From a virus (Duplodnaviria > Heunggongvirae > Uroviricota > Caudoviricetes), in IMG/VR virus record IMGVR_UViG_2576861193_000004, positions 42,259 to 106,258 of that record: a stretch of DNA of 64,000 bases, one strand, 5' to 3'. The notes under the pieces are model-generated. The model worked only from the letters and a program-made list of their open reading frames with translations. It made no database searches and was not told the origin of the DNA. Positions within the stretch are counted from its first letter, which is position 1. Every line of letters starts with the position of its first letter. A program made the position numbers and the translations under genes. This document shows positions 57,114-64,000 of the stretch, one piece after another.

Positions 57114-59019
57114 AGCTGCGCCCCTCTTTAACTTCGACAGTGATAATTTCCCGGAACCACGATTTCATCTCTTTGTGGGAGATGATCATCACTGTGCCAC
57201 GTTCACGCGCTTTGGCTTCCAGAATCCCCATGAGACGCTCCAGACCGGCTGTGTCGAGCGCGTCGTCAATTTCATCACCGATAAATAGCTCGATATTCTT
57301 ACTGGCGCGACTGGCAACCAGATCCTGCAAAGCCAGAGAGCACGCAATACGTACCTTACGCTTCTCACCACCAGACAAAGTCTGGAAGGATTTGCTGGAG
57401 CCTGTTTTGATTACGCTGATATTGAATTTGTCGCGATACTCACCTTTCTTCGTTGTCTCCATTGTCGACCATTCGGCAACGATATTGCCGTCCGACAGCG
57501 TGTTGAGATACTCCGCAGTCCTGATGTTCAGGAAAGGCGTAACGGAGGTCAGGATGTGTGAACGCACGCCTGCTGGGGAGTAAACCTGGCGGGCCTTCTC
57601 CAGCAACAGAGCCTGTTCCTGAATGCTCTTTAACTCATTTTTAAGTACTGCATGATTAGATTTATTGGCAGCCAGGTTGTCTTCATGGCGCTTAATAACG
57701 GCCAGAAATGGGTTTGCTTCCGCCATGATGCGATTCACTTCAGTACGCGCCCGCGCAACCATCGCTTCGACGGCCACAACTTCACGTTCGCGATGACGCA
57801 GCGCACTTAGCTCATTGGTCAGGCGTTCTATTGTGGAGATGATTTCTGAGACGTCGGGTGTGGCTGCGACCAGTGCAGACTCGATACCGAGTGCTTTCTC
57901 AAGACGAGTCTTGTGTTGAGCCACTGCCGCTGCTGATGTCTGCGCAAGGCCGATCTCATTGCGCGCTTGTTCAATGAAGCTCTCCTTCACCGTGGATAAA
58001 TCTTCTTCGCAGTAGGGCTTTCCGCACGTAATGCAGGGTGCCCCGATCTTTGTGCTGACCTCTTCAGCTTTGGTTTTAAACGAGCGAGCACGGTTTATCG
58101 ACTCGTTCTGTGCCGCTTCTGAAGTACGGATGCTTGAGCGGATCTCAGTAATAGCACTGCGCACCTTCAGCAGTTTGGCGTCATGCTCTTCTTTGGAGGC
58201 CAGCTTGCTGCGTTCGCCAGCAATCGCATTTTCCGTATCACGGATCTGTTCTGGCAGCGAGCGAATTTCCATCTCGACTTCAGACAGTGTTACCTCCGCG
58301 CCAGCCAAATCGGCTCGGGCCTTGTCCAGACGCTCGCCGCGATCGCGCTCCCAGCTTTCAGAGGACGCTTTGGCCGCCTCAATCTCTGACTGTGCAGTCT
58401 CGATAAGCGTGAGACAGGCGTCCATTTTGGATTTGGTAACGTCCATACGTGCGGCAGCTGCATTAGCACGCTCGCGGGCAATGGCATAGGCTCGCGTCAA
58501 TCGGTCGACGCCAGCAGCTTCTTCAACGATGGTTTTGAGGCTCTTGTCGGACATACCGGGCAGATCTGGCATCGCTTCCTGACTGGCGTAGATGGACGCC
58601 ATGAACACCTCTTTCGATGCCCCAATCAGACGTTCTACGAACGTCTGTGTCAGCGTGTCCTTGCCTTTGGTCATATCACCGTCTTCACCACGGACGATTA
58701 GTCGGTTCTTGAACTCTTTGTGTTTACGATGGCGAATGATCGCGTATTTCTTACCTTCGTCTTCAACTGTAACCATCACACGGCAGTTCTTCTCATGGCC
58801 CGTCGACAGCACGTCATCGCCTTTGACGCCATGTGCAGTCTCACCATACAGACACCACATTAAGCTATTCATCAGAGTGGATTTCCCGGCGCCATTGCTG
58901 GCAGCAGACGTATCGCCACTGTTCACACCCTGGATCAGCACCAGTCCACGCTGGTCTAACTCGACTTCTGCGCTGGCGATTGCCATAAAATTTTCAACCT
59001 GGAGCTTTAAAAACTTCAT
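57103..59019 (-). CDS. sbcC: SbcC/Rad50-like recombination ATPase
   Basis: Start set at MKFLKLQVENFMAI; Walker A NGAGKST, long coiled coil, signature LSGGEKRKV, Walker B FIGDEIDDALD. Confidence 0.75.
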   Translation of the reverse strand: MKFLKLQVENFMAIASAEVELDQRGLVLIQGVNSGDTSAASNGAGKSTLMNSLMWCLYGETAHGVKGDDVLSTGHEKNCRVMVTVEDEGKKYAIIRHRKHKEFKNRLIVRGEDGDMTKGKDTLTQTFVERLIGASKEVFMASIYASQEAMPDLPGMSDKSLKTIVEEAAGVDRLTRAYAIARERANAAAARMDVTKSKMDACLTLIETAQSEIEAAKASSESWERDRGERLDKARADLAGAEVTLSEVEMEIRSLPEQIRDTENAIAGERSKLASKEEHDAKLLKVRSAITEIRSSIRTSEAAQNESINRARSFKTKAEEVSTKIGAPCITCGKPYCEEDLSTVKESFIEQARNEIGLAQTSAAAVAQHKTRLEKALGIESALVAATPDVSEIISTIERLTNELSALRHREREVVAVEAMVARARTEVNRIMAEANPFLAVIKRHEDNLAANKSNHAVLKNELKSIQEQALLLEKARQVYSPAGVRSHILTSVTPFLNIRTAEYLNTLSDGNIVAEWSTMETTKKGEYRDKFNISVIKTGSSKSFQTLSGGEKRKVRIACSLALQDLVASRASKNIELFIGDEIDDALDTAGLERLMGILEAKARERGTVMIISHKEMKSWFREIITVEVKEGRSYVV

Positions 59020-59248
59020 ATAACACCTCTGATATCGTGTGTTAACTTTTGACCATCTTTCAATCTGAACTCCGTATGCGCGGGGAAGGATCTGCGATTC
59101 AATAAGCCTTTTCTGGTTAGCCTTCCAAGATAAAACGCTACGGGATTTCCTCCTGAAGGGTATGGCTTGTGAAACATAACCGTCTGGCCTTTTTGAAGTT
59201 TTTTCATCACGATGGCAAACTCTCGAAAGCTCCCATAATAACGTTGCC

Positions 59249-60334
59249 TCACACAGCCTCCGCACTCTCTGCTTCGGTCAAGATCTCCTGACACAGTATG
59301 TCCAGCTTGCTCAGGTCGAAGCCACCGTCAGTGTCGTGAACGATCTTGCAGTACGCCGCAACGGACTCGCCCAGGCTGTCAATTTTGCTGGTTTCCGCAG
59401 TACTGGCAGCGCCTTCCATCATCGATGCCTTGCGAATGAAGTTGCAGACGACACCCTTCGCGCCCATTGTTTTCAGGACGTTCTGAAGTTTGATGCCTTC
59501 TTCATCGCTCTCAACAACGGCACGGAAGCGCACGTAGTTGCCGCGAATCTGATCGTCATCTACATCGTCCTCAAGGTTCACGAATTTAGGTGCCGAGGTT
59601 TCGTGGTGAGTGAATGAGCCGTCCGGTTTGACGATCATGAAGCCGGCCAGTGAACCAACATCCCCCCAATTCTGGTGTGTCAGCGCCCCGATACTTACCA
59701 CTCCAGGCAGCACTTCTTTGTGGTTGTGGTAGTGCCCGGACAACAATAAACGGAAGCCGATATCTTTCAGTTCCTGTGCGTCGATGCCGACATCGGGCAT
59801 GGTGGGGATCGCTTTGTTGATTGAGGTATGTACAACAACATCATGGTTGTCACCATCCAGCCCGGAACGCAGCGTTTTGAGATCGCTGATAAGTTCTGCG
59901 TGGTTATTACGCCAGCTAATCAGATGGACGGTTACGTCGCCCATTTTGATGGAATGAGGACGTTTGCCGCAGACGATTTCCACACCGATTGAGCGCAGAG
60001 AGGCTGCTGCATTGGCGCTGTATACGGAATTGTTGGTTTCGAGGTCGTGGTTGCCAGCCAGCATTACCACCTTGAGACCCAACTCTTTGATGATCCACTC
60101 GTAAGTTTCGGTCACGAAATGCAGAACGGAAGGTGATATAGCACCGCGAACATGGAAGGTATCACCAGCTACCAGCATGTGCTTACAGCCAGCAGCTTTC
60201 ATCGCTTTGGCCGCCTCCTTCGTAGCGTCCAGTTGGATCTCCAGCCGAGAGTTAAGCCCGTCAGCGTTTGTTGTCGCAAAAGCATCCCAACGATGATAAT
60301 GGGGATCTGATATTACCCCGTATGGCAATGTCAT
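59249..60334 (-). CDS. sbcD: SbcD/Mre11-like nuclease (calcineurin-like phosphoesterase)
   Basis: Motifs ISDPHYH, VAGDTFH, GNHD, GHYH. Confidence 0.75.
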   Translation of the reverse strand: MTLPYGVISDPHYHRWDAFATTNADGLNSRLEIQLDATKEAAKAMKAAGCKHMLVAGDTFHVRGAISPSVLHFVTETYEWIIKELGLKVVMLAGNHDLETNNSVYSANAAASLRSIGVEIVCGKRPHSIKMGDVTVHLISWRNNHAELISDLKTLRSGLDGDNHDVVVHTSINKAIPTMPDVGIDAQELKDIGFRLLLSGHYHNHKEVLPGVVSIGALTHQNWGDVGSLAGFMIVKPDGSFTHHETSAPKFVNLEDDVDDDQIRGNYVRFRAVVESDEEGIKLQNVLKTMGAKGVVCNFIRKASMMEGAASTAETSKIDSLGESVAAYCKIVHDTDGGFDLSKLDILCQEILTEAESAEAV

Positions 60335-60448
60335 GTGTCTTTTCCTTTGTGGTTATTTTGATACAAATTCTAAGCGTGCATAAGAGGCATACAACCCAGA
60401 CAACACGGCACACAAAAGAATATAAAGGCACATGATAATGACAAAAAA

Positions 60449-60477
60449 ATAAGTAAGTAAATACCTATCAGATAGGG
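60449..60477. promoter_or_regulatory. motif-2 palindrome
   Basis: aataagtaagtaaatacctatcagatagg upstream of SbcD-like gene. Confidence 0.45.
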
Positions 60478-60730
60478 CAGCAACGATTTCTAAACGTCAC
60501 AAGCAATTTTATGAGAGCAGTCATTTACTGATGACAAGAAATGAAAAAGGAGAACGGACGGTGAAGTTGTGAGATGACATCTACGGCGTTTGCGTGTGTC
60601 GTCTTCAAACGCATCCGTCGGCCACAGTTTCTGCTCTTGAATAAAATTCACTCATGCATTAATCCCTAAAGCTCTCAGTGTCTTTCTAAGACACCATATT
60701 TTATGCCCGGTAAAAAGCATGAGTTTGCCT

Positions 60731-61375
60731 TTAAAACGTCTCTGAGGGCTTCTGACGCGCTCTGCTGATGTCTATTACCCCAGCTTTTGGACGAGGGTCT
60801 ACAAGATTCAACTCTTCAGCACTGTGATACTCCGTGTCGAACTCCCGATCGACATGGCGAATGTAAATGGCTGTCAGAAGGCTGTTATCATTCAGAAAGT
60901 GTCCGTAAGATTTGCGAATTACTTCGCCAACCTTCTCAATCTTCTCTCCGCCCATGCAGAGATGGTTAAATCGGCTGTGTTTCCGCAGCATTTCATCCAC
61001 CGGGCCTGAGTAGACCTTATCAACTCTCCCGAACCGGATGATATTTCCGGTATCAGCTTCAACCAGACAAACGAGTTTGCCAGGTTCGACACGATCTCGC
61101 CAAGTGACACCAGAGCGCAGTGTGTTGAAGTAGGGAGCATCCAATCCGATGATCGGTTTACGAAATGCTAGTAGTGGCACGTAACGTATGCAGCTGTTTA
61201 GGTGGAAATGCGCACCGGCGTCGTGGAGTTTAAGCCGGGTTTCGTTAATCGGGCATTTCGAAGCAATGCCGCAAAGGTCGCAGAGCAACTTCTGTTTGTT
61301 CAGACTAGTGTTTGATTCAATGGTGTAGGAGCCATCTTCAAGACGGCGAACCCAGCGCGTGCGTTTAAGATCCAT
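60731..61375 (-). CDS. hypothetical protein
   Basis: 214 aa; Cys pair CDLCGIASKC. Confidence 0.3.
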   Translation of the reverse strand: MDLKRTRWVRRLEDGSYTIESNTSLNKQKLLCDLCGIASKCPINETRLKLHDAGAHFHLNSCIRYVPLLAFRKPIIGLDAPYFNTLRSGVTWRDRVEPGKLVCLVEADTGNIIRFGRVDKVYSGPVDEMLRKHSRFNHLCMGGEKIEKVGEVIRKSYGHFLNDNSLLTAIYIRHVDREFDTEYHSAEELNLVDPRPKAGVIDISRARQKPSETF

Positions 61376-61460
61376 AATTCTTGTTCAAATAATTTTGTCC
61401 GGGGCAACGATAACGGATAAGGCGCACCGGAGTTTGCAAATGCCTGTTTACTTATTCACT

Positions 61461-61677
61461 TTATTCACAGGCCCGATCCAATATTTAGATCCCCAGAGAG
61501 ATCCTACAGAAGATCAAAAGAGATCCCAGATCGTCTCCAGCGCTTGCGGTTACTGGCTTGAGAAGGGGTTACTATCCACTATAGGGAGCAAAATAACCAC
61601 TGTAGAGAGCATAATAACCGCTATGAAGAGCAAAACAACCTCTCTGGAGAGTAGTCGGTATCCACTGTAGTGAGTAG
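61461..61677 (+). promoter_or_regulatory. origin-like region copy 1: DnaA box, GATC cluster, iterons
   Basis: TTATTCACA (61461-61469); six GATC within about 70 bp (61475-61542); then 4-5 iterons with core CCACTRTAGRGAG (61571-61677). Confidence 0.6.
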
Positions 61678-61844
61678 GAGACAATGTTTTAACTGGATAA
61701 CTCCGAGCCTGTTTTTCTGCGGCAGATGGCTGATATTCTTGGAAATATTGTAAATTTTGCGCTGCGGCGTGTTTATTTCGATCACACATTATCCCCAGAA
61801 GGGGAGTGATGCCTGATTTTGTAATTATCTGATTTTTATACACA

Positions 61845-62075
61845 GGCCCGATCCAGTAATTCAGATCCCTGTTAGAACCAAAGAGAACCACAAAGACCCA
61901 AAGAGATCCCCGGCCCCTGCAAACCGTTGTGCCACATGGCTTTAGAGGTTATCGATATCCACTATAGTGAGAATAACAACCACTATAGAGAGTAAATCAA
62001 CCACTATGGAGAGTAGAAAAACCGCTGTAGGCGGTAGGATAACCACTGTGATGGGTGCTACTATCCACTGTAATC
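61845..62075 (+). promoter_or_regulatory. origin-like region copy 2: DnaA box, GATC sites, iterons upstream of repA
   Basis: TTATACACA (61845-61853) followed by cacaggcccgatccagtaattcagatccc (near-copy of 61466-61492), then 5 iterons (61955-62075). Confidence 0.6.
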
Positions 62076-62117
62076 AGTAAAGGCACCCAAGCCGTCGAAT
62101 AAAAAGAGACATTTGGA

Positions 62118-63173
62118 ATGAGCGTAAACGACAATAAAAACATTGCGATAAGCGAAGCATTTTCCGAAACAGACAAAAAGACCGGCGAAGTTGTTACGTT
62201 AGTTCCTAACACCAACAACACAGTTCAGCCTGTTGCTCTGATGCGTCTTGGTCTCTTCGTTCCGACGCTGAAATCGACATCCAGGGGTAGAAAGGGGCAA
62301 ATGGTCTCTATGGACGCCTCCGCTGAACTCAAACAGCTGTCTCTGGCCAAAGCCGAAGGGTACGAGGATATAAGGATTGCTGGTCTTCGTCTTGATATGG
62401 ATAACGATTTCAAAACATGGGTGGGCATCATCCACGCGTTCGCCAAGCACAAGGTTGTTGGTGACACCGTCACGTTGCCGTTCGTCGAGTTCGTCAGACT
62501 TTGTGGCATACCAACAGCCAGATCGTCCGCGAAGTTACGTAAGCGCCTGGACAGCTCTCTAAGTCGTATCGCCACAAACACCATCTCATTCCGCAGCAAA
62601 GGCTCTGAAGAGTATTACGTTACGCACCTTGTGCAGACGGCAAAGTACAGTACCAAGAATGACACGGTCGAACTGAAGGCCGATCCTAAGATTTTCGAAC
62701 TTTACCAGTTCGACAAAAAGGTGCTTTTGCAACTTCGGGCCATCAACGAACTCTCCAGAAAGGAATCCGCGCAGGCGCTCTACACCTTCATTGAAAGTTT
62801 GCCACCAGACCCGGCGCCAATCTCATTGGCTCGCTTACGCGCCAGACTTAACTTAACCAGCCGTACCATTACCCAGAATGCGACAGTCAGGAAGGCGATG
62901 GAGCAACTGCGAGAGATCGGCTATCTCGATTACACTGAAGTGAAACGCGGCAGCTCGGTCTACTTCGTCATCCACTATAGACGGCCGAAGTTACGTTCGG
63001 CACTGCCGCCATCTATGGCCACGCCTGAAGATCCAGAAGATATCTTGTCAGGTGATGATCCGGAGGACATTATCGATGTTGCTCCTGAAGAAAAAGACGG
63101 GGAAATGGTCATGTTGAGCAAGGAAGAACTGGCGATTCTCGAAGAGCTGCGCAAGGCAAAGGCTCGCAAATAG
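62118..63173 (+). CDS. repA: iteron-binding plasmid replication initiator RepA (P1/RepFIB type)
   Basis: 351 aa; [62 protein letters not shown]; flanked by iteron arrays. Confidence 0.75.
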   Translation: MSVNDNKNIAISEAFSETDKKTGEVVTLVPNTNNTVQPVALMRLGLFVPTLKSTSRGRKGQMVSMDASAELKQLSLAKAEGYEDIRIAGLRLDMDNDFKTWVGIIHAFAKHKVVGDTVTLPFVEFVRLCGIPTARSSAKLRKRLDSSLSRIATNTISFRSKGSEEYYVTHLVQTAKYSTKNDTVELKADPKIFELYQFDKKVLLQLRAINELSRKESAQALYTFIESLPPDPAPISLARLRARLNLTSRTITQNATVRKAMEQLREIGYLDYTEVKRGSSVYFVIHYRRPKLRSALPPSMATPEDPEDILSGDDPEDIIDVAPEEKDGEMVMLSKEELAILEELRKAKARK

Positions 63174-63180
63174 CCCAACC

Positions 63181-63790
63181 ACTGTAGAGAGTAAAAAGGC
63201 TCACTATCCACTGTAGTGAGCCTTTTTGTTTATCGGAAATGCAATATCCACTGTAGTGAGTAAAAGAAACCGAAGAATAACCACTGTAGGCAGTGCGCAC
63301 AAATCGCGAAGTAAATGTTAGTGGTTGCAAACATAGATAAAACAAGGGCTGAGAGGTTAGCGGTCACTGGGTATCTCTGTTAAGTCTACTCTCTACAGCG
63401 GTTATCGTCGCTCTCCTCATTGTTGACTATCCACTGTGAAGAGCAGAATTGGCTGACTTGACCTCTATCCACTGTAGTGAGTGGATATCCGTTTAAAACA
63501 GCGAAGATTTACTCTCCATAGTGGATATCCGCTGGAGGGGGCATTCCATCACTCTCTATAGTGGTTGTTTGTAGTCAGTGAACGCCTGTTTACTCACTAC
63601 AGTGTATAGCGACCCCGATAATCACCAATTTACTCACTACAGTGGATAGTTGATATCGTGGCAGAGGGTTTGCTCACTACAGTGGTTGGGGTGCATACCT
63701 GAAGGGTGTTCTACTCGCTACAGTGGTTATGAGCCGGATTCACACGCGGTGAGCTGGCTACTCACCGCAGTGGATAGTGTTATCAGTGGA
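63181..63790. repeat. downstream iteron array (incA-like), at least 9 copies in both orientations
   Basis: Repeated CCACTGTAGTGAG / CTCACTACAGTGG cores about every 40-60 bp. Confidence 0.6.
63193..63227 (+). terminator. rho-independent terminator after repA (hairpin built from an iteron)
   Basis: aaaaa-ggctcacta-tccactg-tagtgagcc-ttttt. Confidence 0.55.
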
Positions 63791-64000
63791 TTTTCTTCAG
63801 CAGACCCCAGAGTGTCCCGGCCTTCGTTGCGAGCTTACCTGTTTCCGGATCGTACATGCGCCATTCACGTCGCTGGTGGACAATATACCCATCTTCACGT
63901 TCCAGTCGTTCCAGTACGCCGGACTGCTTGAACCCTTTGGCACGCCAGGTGATGCTGCCAACTTACTGATTTAGTGTATGATGGTGTTTTTGAGGTGCTC
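63783..64000 (-). CDS. hypothetical protein, C-terminal part only (gene starts beyond window end)
   Basis: Minus-strand frame ending ...WRAKGFKQSGVLERLEREDGYIVHQRREWRMYDPETGKLATKAGTLWGLLKKIH with stop at 63783-63785. Confidence 0.3.

Noticed and set aside
59020-59265. Longer SbcC-like start at 59265 (MRRLCEAT...)
   Set aside because: The extension is basic, low-complexity and unlike Rad50/SbcC N-termini, which begin at the strand preceding the Walker A motif; the start at 59019 was chosen.
61359-61891. ORFs 61359-61670 (plus) and 61550-61891 (minus) upstream of repA
   Set aside because: They are composed of iteron and GATC-cluster sequence; the region is an origin, not coding.
61571-63790. 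CRISPR array interpretation of the direct repeats
   Set aside because: Repeat cores are 13-19 bp with short irregular spacers and mixed orientation, flank a RepA gene and include DnaA boxes; this fits plasmid iterons, and no cas genes are present.
1-64000. Integrase, attachment sites, tRNA or rRNA genes
   Set aside because: No tyrosine or serine recombinase motifs, tRNA-like cloverleaf signatures or rRNA were recognised by eye; a tRNAscan or Infernal run would be needed to be sure about small RNAs.

Overview
The window reads as a mosaic mobile element in an Escherichia-type background. (1) 1-19.8 kb, minus strand: a lambda-like siphovirus morphogenesis module (tail K/L/M, tape measure, G/GT chaperone, major tail protein with Ig domain, head-tail proteins, Ig-repeat decoration protein, major capsid, scaffold, portal, TerL, TerS), preceded by a ParB-ParB-ABC ATPase-GNAT-wHTH operon. 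(2) 19.9-25.4 kb, plus strand: an SF2 helicase and an AT-rich accessory cluster. (3) 25.4-31.5 kb: small early-type genes, two iteron arrays and a roughly 0.8 kb GT-skewed ORF-free tract. (4) 31.6-34.9 kb: host-type metG and apbC (mrp) in their native divergent arrangement. (5) 34.9-35.7 kb: a P1-like pair, hot (Pol III theta homolog) and a LexA-box-controlled UmuD'-like gene. (6) 36.8-42.8 kb: a Type IC restriction-modification operon hsdM-hsdS-hsdR. (7) 42.9-61.4 kb, minus strand: accessory genes, a TerB-domain protein, RNase H, Dam-like methyltransferase, DnaQ-like exonuclease, dNMP-kinase-like protein, DHFR, thymidylate synthase with insertions, HNH-AP2 endonuclease and an SbcCD-like pair. 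(8) 61.4-63.8 kb: a P1/RepFIB-type replicon (DnaA boxes, GATC cluster, iterons, repA, downstream iteron array). Two palindromic motif families recur upstream of genes in both phage arms but not in the 31.6-42.9 kb centre, so the arms belong to one element that looks like a siphoviral phage-plasmid carrying or flanking a host-like segment. No rRNA, tRNA, CRISPR array or integrase was seen. I could not single out one undescribed system with confidence; the strongest candidates are the ParB-ParB-ABC-GNAT operon, the AT-rich accessory operon, the embedded metG-apbC segment and the iteron/GT-skew region. All calls come from reading translated ORFs and sequence motifs; no database search or computation was run, and family names rest on recalled knowledge.
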